Positions 50,662-62,635 of a stretch of DNA of 64,000 nucleotides are shown piece after piece (the first letter of the stretch is position 1; every line of letters begins with the position of its first letter). A program made the position numbers and the translations under genes. The notes under the pieces are model-generated. The model had not been told where the DNA came from and ran no database searches. It saw only the letters and a list, made by a program, of their open reading frames with translations. The DNA comes from Trichoplax sp. H2 (lineage: Eukaryota): NCBI GenBank assembly GCA_003344405.1, contig NOWV01000014.1:372001-436000 (forward strand). The letters run 5' to 3'.

Positions 50662-53595
50662 CTACTAAAATAAATGTAATAATCTATAGAGAGAATCTTA
50701 ACGCAGAGTTTTATCGCATCCTTTCATTGAATAGCACTAATATAACCAGCATCATTAACGCTAGCTGCTTGTTCTAAATGTAACTGGAACCCAGTATATA
50801 AGATTCCTGGCAGGAATAAAATTGGTAGTAAAAGAATATATTATCACCTGTATGGTAGTTTCAACTATGTAGAACAAATAGTACTGCTATTAAGCCATAG
50901 CAGTTTGGTCACCACCTGCTTTAATTTTTGAAAAAAATTAAAGATTATTGGATCATCATATCGAAATGATTTATGCTACTAATTTTGGTGTCGTCTGTGC
51001 GAAGCGATTACAATAATCGTTTAAGCTTTCGTCATTAATAATTACTGTAGCTGTTAAAATTATCAAGAGAAAAAGTTTAATGATCCTATTCTTTATTTTA
51101 TGTCACATTGGTCGAAAATATCATCATTAAAACTATTTTTGATCCGTATATTAAAGCTAATATAGCGCTCTTATTATTTGTAGCTCTTTCAACGGATGGA
51201 TGTTCACTATTCATTGCTTATTCTTAATTAAATGAAAACATTTTAATCTCTCTTGTCAGTACTTTCTACTCTAAACCACCTGTTATATAGTATTAGGAAT
51301 TAGTAAACTACTCCGAGATTTATTGATATCCAGATTAAGCATTCTAAAGACAATATTTTAGCAGACGAAATTTGATCTATATTTGTTTTACCTATAGCAC
51401 TGCAGACTGTGGAAATAGCCATATTCACAGCAGGATATGGCTCTAAGCTTGTCTGACTACTATTGTCTTAAGTTTGCAATCAGATTGGGATTGTACTCAT
51501 GATAATTTTAATTGACAATGCACTTCAACATCAACGCACTTATAGATTAGTACACGCAAAAATTGTTACTATTTGTAAGTTTGACTGGAATGATGGTTTC
51601 CATTTGCCCATCAGTCATCGAGTGATTCGTAATCAATATGATAACTGCCTTTAAATATCATAGTTGGTATAACTTGGACTACTTCAGCGGTCTAATTGTA
51701 AATCTAAAAATTGTATACTGTGAGATTAAGGTTTGCCAATACCGTAGTGTGTTACCTATACTTGTAATATATTATCCAAACCTTGTGTGCATCACTATCA
51801 GGTTCTATTACAAATAAGACCACGCTATTATGACTACTGTGGTATAAACTCAAAAAATCAGGCTAAAAGCTGTATTGTGATCAGTGACTTTTCATGTAGA
51901 TCGAAATAACATTACTAATTACTCATAAATGTATATACAAACAGTTATTGAAGGAGATTATTTAGTATTATGTAAATCGTGTACCCCAACTTTTTTATAC
52001 TCGTACAATGTAGATTAACACTAGTGCTTTCCTCATATGTATTTATGGATATGACGATGTAGTTGTTGCACTGAACTCTTTTCATTAATAATTAATTAAT
52101 GAATGCAGTATGCAAGCATGCCAACAACTACGGTATATCAATTGTAATTTTTGTATATTTTAACTAACTAAATACTTTGAATTAATGTTATATTATAGTA
52201 GAACAGAAGTTCTTTATTTTTATCCAAAATTTTAGTGTTCTATTGAGTACGTATCTTACGAATATATACCAGCTAGGTTAAATGTCCGACCTGATCGATA
52301 GAATATTGGTAGTGCAATTGTATCAGTTGCATGATAAGTAAAGTTTACGGTAGCATTAGCTGAACTGTTTTCTCGTAGTAATAGATTAGATTTCCTACGA
52401 AGCTATGCACATTGATAAAATATAAGCAAAGCAGTAAAATTGAATCTGTTTGTAGCTGGATTGCTAAATTAAATTTATTAAAAAACACTTTGATTCAAAA
52501 TCGTGAATAGGTCGACCTGTAATGCTAAATAATCCATTGGGGGATTGGTGAAGTCTTGCTAGGTGTCATTAAGGATTGGAAAAGCTGGATTGGAAAATAA
52601 TTGCATATATATAATGAGCAAGATACTTTGTAAAGTAGTATGCTGTAATACGAATCGTTAAATAGGAATGGCACCATTTACTATTTTATATAGATTCATC
52701 AATTTAAAGGATTCCCATCAAGTAAATGATATGGTGTAAAAATGTACATTTGCCATTCAATATGCACTAATTGTCTACTAATTCGAGCTAGTCGATCAAG
52801 GACGCGACAAATTTTTACTCAATCATCTTGAAGAGCATGATATCTAATTTGTGGTATAGGTTTTATACTACGGGTAGTATAAATTAATAAAATTAAACTA
52901 AAATAGGACATTTTTGTAATGATAGCAGTTGGCAGTTACCACAGCAGAGAGACGCAACTGTAGCTCAGCATGATTTCTGACGAAAAATGTAAGCATTAAA
53001 ACTTAATTATCTTGGAATTTTAAAGTTAAGATATTAATCATTACATTGCTATGACATCAGAAGCATACGGCTAGATAATTACAAATATGAAATCTATGAT
53101 AATAATTGATTGAAATATTTGCCTTATAAATGATTATAGATTATAGTCACTAAAGCAATTCTCTAGAATCTACATTAAACTACAGTATTTAAGTTTTAAT
53201 TTGCTATTGCTTGATGCAGTACATCATTACCTTTTTTGTCCTATACGGTATGCGAGATAATCTTGATGAAAGTTGAAATAGATTCTTTACTGGAAATTGA
53301 CTAAAATTTCTAACGTATATAAGTCTAACCAACTTTGAATAGAATAGTAGATGAACAAAAAGTATTATTAATGTCTATTTATATTTTTCATATTTTCAAT
53401 ATATGATTTATTAAATATATTTATTGTCTAGAACGTTGTCGGAACTGCTATAAACTGTACACCTGCTGATTTACTACGGCACTAGTTAGACTAAGCAGTT
53501 GTTGATATAGAATTTAATTTCTTAGTAAGGTAAAGTTAGACATTAAGGATTAGATAATCTTATTACAATTCTATATACTTGAGGGTAATTTAAGA

Positions 53596-56500
53596 ATGAA
53601 AGAAGTCATAGACTTAACTGGCCAAGAATATGAAGATATTGGCACGAATATACTAAATAATAATACCGATAGCATTAATCAAAATGTTGCTAAAAATACT
53701 AGTTCTGGCGACGGCCAAGCTAATTTATTCAAGCTTGTTTCCCTACCATCATCAGTATCCGTTGCTGAAATGTACTTTGCCTTTCTCGATAATTATTGTA
53801 TACCTATAGAATTAATGTCTCATATTCCAGTTCAATTTTCCGCCATTTTCTTGTGTCTCTATTATTGGATTTTTTGCTTCACCATTAGTTTGCAATTCAT
53901 CAGATCTATGCACAAGTCGATTTGGACGACGAAGACCTTTTATTAATGGTATCCTTTTCGTTTCAATTTTTGGAGGCTCTCTGTCGACTTATGGTCGAAC
54001 GATAGGCCTATTAATTTGGCCACATCATTTATTGCTTGCACAAGTTATGGTCACTACTGGTTTAATTATTACTTACATCTACTCATTGCTTATGATGATT
54101 CCAGCCAGAGCTTATGTTATGGATGTTACTCCTGCCGATATGCATTCAACTGTTAATAGCATTATTACATTCGTAGCGGATATAGGAGGATTGGTAGGCT
54201 TTGTAGTTTATGGGTATGCTGCTTTTACTCGTATATTTTATTCGATTTTTTACTAGTAGGCTTCTATAGGAATCACATTTATTCCAATGCTCATACTAGC
54301 GACAATAAATATTTGCTTATTATTATAATAAAGGCTAGCGAGAATTCGTACGCGTAATAAATACTATACTCCATTTTTTTATTTTAAAACTAATATAGGA
54401 TTAATTGGAAGTCGACAATATTTGCTAAAATATTTGGAGATCAAATTTAAATTTCTTTGGTTGTGATAACTTTTGTTGCAGTTCTTATAATTTTTATCGT
54501 ATGTATTAGTTGTAAAGAGGCTCCACTTGAAAGAAGTGAACTAAAGGTTAATAATATTGCTGACTTCATTTCTGTCAAGAGGGATGAGGAGGAAGAAATA
54601 CTTTTAATACCCGTTGGCGATACCGATGATAGAACATTAACTCTCAATCAATTTTCATGTGATGAAGTACCGAATCGGATATCAACAAAGCCTAAATTAA
54701 CTCTTGAAGAAATTCGATCTTGGAATATTTTTTATCAAATTTATTACTTTACTTAAACCATGCCTAAAGAATCAGTAGTATTATCGATAACGAGCCTATT
54801 AGGCTGGTTAAAATTTTCTATATTCGCTGTATTTTATACAAATTTTATTGGTCAATCTATCTTTAAAGGTGATCCCAATGCAGCTGAAAATTCAACAGCT
54901 TTACAACATTATAATGCCGGAGTAAGATATGGCAGTTGGGATTTAGCGCTGTGCACTCTTGCCACTACACTTTACTCCATCATAGTGAGGCAATTGAGCT
55001 TTTATTGTAGTAAGTTAACCTTTTAAGCTATTGCTATATTTAGAATTTCGATCTTTTCCTGCATATTACTGACCAATCTGACATTTAAATTGTAAGTATA
55101 TCTTTCGTACCAAAGCCATTTATTCCAAAAAATTAAAATTTTTAAATTAATCTTACTTGATTACAGTACTGTAGACTAATACTCCTTAGTTGTGGAATAT
55201 CCGAGAAAGTAAAAATTACAATTTGAAAATAATTTAATTTATTATAGATATTAAAAATTGTTTAATATTCCTGTAGCAACCTAATTCTGGCCATAAGCTG
55301 TGCCATATTGTAGTAATACATGTTGATAGGATTAAGCATGCCAGCGATGGACATTCTAGAAATTAAGTTTCAGTCAAGCAATAAATCAACCTACCTTGTA
55401 AATTTCTGACTAGAAAGTAAAGTATCACAGTAGCGACCAATTAAAGAATTTGTATATCTGATCCAGCAATTACAGACCTTGATCCATTGCTCACAGCTGT
55501 ATGATGCCTTAATCGTAACTTTAATTAATCATAAGCAATCTTATAAACTTTTTACTCGCAATCCCAATAGCGTAATTTTAATTTATTCAATAGATGCTAA
55601 ATATGTCAATGCTGTAGGATTTTTACTTATCAGTATCGCAACCGTAGTCATGGCTTTCTTGGATAACGTTGTACCTGTCATATGTCTTGCTAGTATGCAA
55701 GGTGTTGGCTTTGCTTCCATATTTACCTTGCCATTTGCAATATTGGATTCGTATCGTGAATATTTCGTGGTAAATTTAAGCAATATCATCTGCTACTTTA
55801 AGTTGGTAAAGCAGTCTAAGTTAGCGGTTTTGGATATTATTATACAATCAATTCATTCATCATCATTATATTTAACAATTATCGTACTTGGTATATTATA
55901 GATTAAATGACTAGACTAATTATATTGAAATCTTATTTACTAAGGTAGCTGCCTTGGAGATATATCATACAAAACTACTTCGTTAATCATGACCATATAT
56001 TAATTAATGAAGGCATTACTTCACACAGTATAGATTAAACGTCCAGGTTTCATTATACTAATATTTAGTTCACTAAACTAGCTGTTTTTGATATATTACA
56101 CAAAACTACTTCGTTGATCATGATCATATCTTAATGATTACATTACTGGATATAGTGTCGATGCAATAATTGAGACTGATTATGTTGATATCTTAGTCCC
56201 TATGCTAGCTATTTTAGATATATTACATAAAAATACTTTGTTGATCATGAACGTGTGTAAATGATTGCATTCCTATACATATTATCAATGCATTAATTTA
56301 GACTTATTATGTTGATATCTTAGTCCCTGAGCTAGTCGTTTAGGATATATTATACAAAGCTACTTCATTGATTATGACCGCATGCTAATGATTGTATTAT
56401 TTGATATATTATACATGCAATAATCTAAACTGATCATAGTGATATCGTATTAACTAAGCTTGTTATTTGGATATATATAAGTACTTATATTATAAAATAC

Positions 56501-56958
56501 AACTTTCTTGATCATGATCGTACGGTCATGATTGTATTACTTAACGTATTATAGATGCAATAATTTAGACCAGTTATTTTGATATTCTTATCCACTAAGC
56601 TAGCTGTTTTGGATCTACAGTATATTGCTCAAAACTGCTTCATTGATCATGAGAGTTTATTAATAGTTGCGCTATTGATCATATCATGAATAGAATGATT
56701 TTAGGTTGATCCTATTTTTCATTAATATCTTATTCACGTAGGAGCGAAGGGATAAAAGATGGTTCTTGAGAGATTATGGAATAGATATCTCTATTCTTAT
56801 AAATTCATCTCTGTTATGCTTTATTATCATTGGCTTTGCCGGTAGAGTATTAATTGCAGTTACTCATTCTCCCAGATCGGCTATTGTTCTGTCTGCTGGG
56901 TGGCTATAGTGCTTTATGTGCTATTAGTTCTTTATTCATTTACGATATACCCGGCTGA
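53596..56958 (+). pseudogene. Full-length SLC45-family pseudogene, copy D (4 exons)
   Basis: Exons 53596-54213, 54399-55009, 55594-55769 (176 nt), 56742-~56958. Frameshift near 53858 (SSDLCTSRFGRRRPF is out of frame with the start), in-frame TAA at 54448 and 54754, and a frameshift/TAG near 56900-56909. Confidence 0.88.
55905..56740. repeat. Degenerate ~127-bp tandem repeat (~6.5 units) filling the last intron of SLC45 copy D
   Basis: Unit anchors ctagct..tt..gatatatta..caaaactacttc.ttgatcatga...atgcaataat..gac...ttatgttgatatctta recur at ~55947, 56078, 56205, 56332, 56459 and 56600. Confidence 0.85.
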
Positions 56959-59537
56959 ATCTCATAAAGCGAACACCTTTTCAATACAGATAGTTCGTTA
57001 GTAACTTCATCTTCAAAGATTTCTATCAATTAACAGTAATTAAATCCAAGAATTCATTCATTAAATGACATACTGTAGTAGCAAGAATCTGTTATAGAGT
57101 TAACATCAATAAATGTGAAACCGGAGAGTCGCTGTATTAATAAATTAATAAATATTACTTGCTCCATATCTATATAATAAAGCCATTTGATCGTATTTAA
57201 GATACGGCATACGAGGAATAAACTTGCAGGGTAATTTGACAAAAATGCTAACAATTGTTAGCTTCGTGATTATAAGACGATGCAGATCGTTACCTACATC
57301 ATATAAATGTAGGATTTTTTTAGCCATAATATTAAAATGTGAATTGAATAATTTTCGTATAGGAGAAGTCTTTCCTCCAAAGGACTGCAGATTGCAAATT
57401 ACACGCATAAAATTCAAGTACAGATCATAATTACTTTGTCTAAAAAGGCCTGCGAACAGCAGCTGTACGCATATATTTTAACGGTAGAATATAATTTACT
57501 CTTAATATACAGCTGTTAGGCAACAGATTGCAAATAAGGACCTAATATATCAAATTTTTAATGTACTGTACACTGAACAGTACAGCCATTGGAGCTCGAA
57601 AATTTTTAACTTACCCTAGCAGCTAATAAAGCATCAATAAGAGATTAATAAAGAAATTACTATTGCATCAACTAACATGATATATAGCACAACTCTGCGT
57701 TATGCCTGTGTCCAAATGAAATGTGTCCACACCAGCTCGTCTTAATTGACAATCGACAGTTTAAAGCCGCAAAACCAGAATGCAGAGATGACAGCTGATT
57801 TTATACGCTGTTCCCACCATGTAAACTGCGTAAAAAATCAACAAATGTAGCTGAAATTGTAAGCTATTAGCAATGCTGAAAAGAAAAATCCAATACCTGA
57901 TAAAAGTAATCTAAGTTAGTTGGGCTATTTTCTGAAAGAAGGCGTCAGATTACGCAGAAATGTGCAAGAAGAATTTAAATTATATCTATCAGGTGGTATG
58001 CCATTTTCGATACTATAGGTCATCCGCCATATGGTACAAGAGCATTAGCTGGTAATCATTATGAGGTCAATATGAATCTATTTAACTCGAATAGAAATGC
58101 ATTTCATGGTATATTAAGATAAGGAATATGGATTAATTTTTAGTACTTCATATATCTTTCGTAAAAAGCGAGTTTTTTGTAACAATTAGAAAGATCTAGG
58201 GTTTATCAGTTACAGCAAGAAATTGATTTTGTTTCTTTTAGACTAATGATATGGGATTCAGTTCGATATGTGTGAGAGCAGTAAATTACTACCTAAACTT
58301 ATTCTATCTTGCTCCTTTTGATTAGCATTATTTGAAGCTTATTTTTTAATAAGATTGGAAGGGTAACATTGATATAAAGTACTGCAGAATGTTATTTAAT
58401 GTCGTACTAAGAAGAAACAAGAAATCTTCTTTTTATATTTAATTTAGGCTTCAGTTATTTATGTAGGCACTTTTAGAGAGCTACTGTATCATTTACAGAT
58501 ATTTATGTATATAATAATAAGGATAGAATAACTAAAATAACTTGATCACCTTGGCCTTGATAATATCCCAAGAACGAAAAGGTTATCTGATTATAATAGA
58601 AAATGACAAATAGGTGATGGAAACTTACTACTAATATCATGAATCGCTAGAAATGTACCGGTATTCTTCTGGTGGTCCGTGCTAATGCTCGATTACCATG
58701 AGGAAGCAGTAATTGAGTGTGTGGGATCAAATGCTTTAATGCCATTAAAGCATGCAATTAAAGCCGATCCGCTAATTCTATTAGACTAATGATGTTATGA
58801 AGTTGTATAAATAGAACTATTGCTACATGATAGTTCGTGCTGCTATAATACTGCACGTTTCCTGTTGTTTTCTAAGGATGACATCCTTCAAATCCATGCA
58901 AATTTTTAATCATTAATTAGTTAAGTAAATCCGTATAGTTTCCGTTATCTTCTTCAATAGTGTAATATCATAACTTATTTTTAATGATCCTTCAGTATTG
59001 ATTTCCTAATATCATGATATAGCATTAGTGAAGATGCAGGCTTGAATGCCTGTATAGAAATGCAATTCTTTAATTATACAAGCTGCCGGTGATTTTATAA
59101 TTCATACGCGCTTAATCTTATCCAAATTAGAATGACTTAATCAGTAATGCTAAACAGACACATTGCTCTTAATATTCTCTAGCAGTAATATCATTATCTA
59201 ATGTCATGATCTCGTGGTATAGCACCACTAAAGGAAATAGGTTGTCATATCTAAGTAAAAATTATGTAATACTTCTTCATATCTAGTGATGTATAATTCA
59301 AAAGGAAAACAAAAATTGATTACATTAAAGCTCTGCGTGATATATTAATCACTGATCTATTTATACCTGCGTGATGTATAATATATGATCAGGTACAAAT
59401 ACCCCCAATAGAGATTTCCAGGTAAGCTTAATCAAACGGTTCGAAGATATTCGCTATGCCAATGCTGATTTTACTCTAATCAAAGTAAAGTTTCATTGTC
59501 TACGTTAAAATTGGCACGACTGTGATCTGTCTACAAA

Positions 59538-62203
59538 ATGGAATCTCGATCTAACTGTAATAGCCATCGATTGACAAGGAATAAATTGGAAGCCATCAGA
59601 AATCGATCTCAGATGGTCGAAAATGATGAAGAAGAACGATTGATAGATCAAGGGACTACTATCAAGTTTTTTGGCTATCGCTTAGTTATGCTATCGGCTT
59701 CTAGTTCTGTTATTGAGCTTTCTTTCGCTATTGAAGCCGTTAATGCGATACCAGCATTGCTACAATTAGGTGTCCCAGTAGAATTCGCAGCTTATTTATG
59801 GTGTATTAGTCCACTGTTGGGTTTTCTAATACAGCCCTACTTGGGTTATTTATCAGACACTTGTACCTCTTCTTGGGGACGCCGGCGTCCTTTTATGATC
59901 ATTTACTTTCTGTTGATGTCAATAGGTCTTGGAATAGCAGCTTTTAGCACCAATATTGGCTATGCTATTGATTCTAATCATAGCAAAGTGGCTATAGCCT
60001 TTGCCTTCGTTGGCTTTACTTTGTTAGATTTCTTCCGTAACTCATTGGAAGTCGTATCGCGAGCTTACCTAATGGATGCAAGCACCGATCATTTTCAGCA
60101 ATTGGCTAATAGCATCTTTACAATTATGGCAGCTAATGGCGGTATCTTGTGCTATGCTATCAACGGGTACTTTTAATAGGAAAAATGAAATTATATTTAA
60201 TACGTTTCTTAAATAGTAAGACGCATATATCTCTAAGTAATGAAATTATACTGATTGATTGTTTCATGCTTACGACAGCACATAGTTTAGGATATTAGGA
60301 CATACGCGTATATGAATCGAATTTTAGAATTAAATAGTTCTTGCCTATTTTCCAATAGTCTGAATATCAATTTATATGCAAAAAGCATTTAGGGAACGTT
60401 GATGATACGTTTTGAATATGAAAAAATGTTTACTTTGTAGTTCAGGTCAATTCTAAATTCAGAGGTTATAATGCTTTGCGGCCGGATATACGCGTAGATA
60501 TAAAATGATACCGTAGGCGATTATTGAAAGATAGATCTAGATAATTGCTGATATCCGATGATATATTATAACTCTGTCTTTATAAGTGCAAATAATTCGT
60601 CTAGTTCTCATTAACAATAATTTCTCCACTACTAGGATGAATTTGTTTAATTGTTTGATTAATCAACCTAGCGTTTTCTAGGAAGAGATAGCGATTAAAA
60701 TAGCATGATATTAGCTTATAATTCCTTGTATAGCATATATATTCAGCCTAAAGATTCTTTTTTCTATTATAGTCCCTTGCTTTACCTTAAATTGATCATT
60801 TTTAACGTTTATCTTGATAGGATTAGTTGGAAATATTCGCTAGGAAAATTTGTTGGTGGTCAATTTCAAGCTGTAGGTACGATCTGTTTGATCTTGATGA
60901 CCATCATGATGGCAACATCTTTAATTAGTATGCCTGAAAAGTTAAGCTATGCCGGATGCCATACTAATCAGGGTAGTCGAAGTAGTATAGCTAGTAACAT
61001 TGACGATAGTTACTCTGATGGCGAATCCGATATTTCTCTCTCTCTTTCGCAACATTCTCATCCATCATCGATCATTCGACTTCAACGCTACACTGCTCAT
61101 CATTCACACTATTTCAAAGTAAAAGAAATCTATAGTTCGATTATTGGCATGCCCCATGAATTACGTAAATTAAGTTTAACCTGCTTTCTTGGATGGTCGT
61201 CTTTCCTTAATTTCCTAATTTATTACACCGACTATGTCGGTCAAGAAATTTATAATGGCGATCCTACAGCACCCATCAATTCTACATCGCACCATCTTTA
61301 CATACAAGGGGTTATGACAGCGTCATGGGGATTAATTGGTTATATGCTTGTCTCTGTCATCTATTCGTTTATGATAGAAAGTATTATTATTCAATTCGGT
61401 AGGATAAACAAAAATTGCGTAGCTCTACAAAGTTCAGTAGCTGTTTTCGTTTTAAATAGTCTGCTATTTTCTTTATCGACATTGACTAACACTACATTGC
61501 ATATTTATTGCAGGCCCAGCTGTAACATTTAGTTGCAGCTTTGCCGTTGTAGGATTGGCAATAGGCATCATGACCACTTTAGATTCTGTAGCACCTGCTA
61601 TTACGTTAGCCGCCTTTCAAGGCATTTCTTTTGCTATTAACTATAGTGTTTCCTATGCTTTACTAGGCGAATATCATAAATACTTTAAGGTGAGAATAGA
61701 ATATCACTAGAATAACTAATCCATTATTATACTACTCGTACATAACATGAGTATTTACTATATTTTGTTATATATCAATATACACGTATATGCTAAAACC
61801 TGAATCCTGGCTATTATACATAATAGCCGGGATTCGGGTTTTAGCCTTACCATACGATACTAGTAGATATGTTTAATTATTAATTCTAATTATTTTCATT
61901 CCGCATATTTCTGTCTAATACATCATTATAACTCGTATTTTACTCACTCTTAATACAAATTTCAATTCTTTGTGGCAATAGGAAGAAGAGGATTCACGTT
62001 GGGAACATCGAGAATTTGGAATTGACATTTCTATCCTACTACTATGCATGTATCTTGCACAAATTTTGGTCGCTTTTGTGACTGGAGCTATCATTTATGC
62101 TACCAATTCGCCCATTACACCGATGATTATGTCTAGTATTTCAGCTTTATGTTGTGCTATTGCTGCTGCCTTTTTAGATCGTGTACCTATTAATAAGTTC
62201 TAA
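59538..62203 (+). CDS. SLC45-family sugar transporter, copy E, 4 exons, ~534 aa
   Basis: Exons 59538-60166, 60821-61398, 61514-61689 (176 nt), 61982-62203; intact frame; LSDTCTSSWGRRRPF, VSRAY, YYTDYVG, REFGIDIS. Confidence 0.92.
61792..61845 (+). repeat. 54-nt inverted repeat (25-bp arms, 4-nt spacer) in intron 3 of SLC45 copy E
   Basis: GCTAAAACCTGAATCCTGGCTATTA-TACA-TAATAGCCGGGATTCGGGTTTTAGC; 23/25 Watson-Crick pairs, the other two are T:G. Confidence 0.9.
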
Positions 62204-62635
62204 ACTGGTTTTATTGACAGCTGCTTACTATGAAGATGATACGCTATTTGTAGTTCTAGTTGTAATTAATTACTAGTTCAGGCTAAACTTCAGAAATTTT
62301 AATTCATAAAAAATTGTGAATTATATTATAGTAGGCAAAATAGTGTTAAAATTATTTACAAATAGGAAGTGTTTTTAACTTTGCAGATATTAGTTTTACT
62401 ACTTATGAAATCACGGATAGAAAATGTGGATTGTAAAAATAGATTATAGTATCGGTTGATTAACATAGTACGATGAATTTGCTGTAAGAAATTGACAATT
62501 TCTGATACGTAAACTTCTTAGCTCTGTTGACAGTGTTACGAAATAGATGAAAATAATCTTTCCTACTTGAGTTGCTATACGCGAATTTGTATTTATGCAA
62601 AGATATTTACCGATCACTCGCTCTATATACATTCT

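Noticed and set aside
51416-51443. Short hairpins (here and at ~52862-52883)
   Set aside because: Stems of only ~10 bp are expected by chance in AT-rich DNA.
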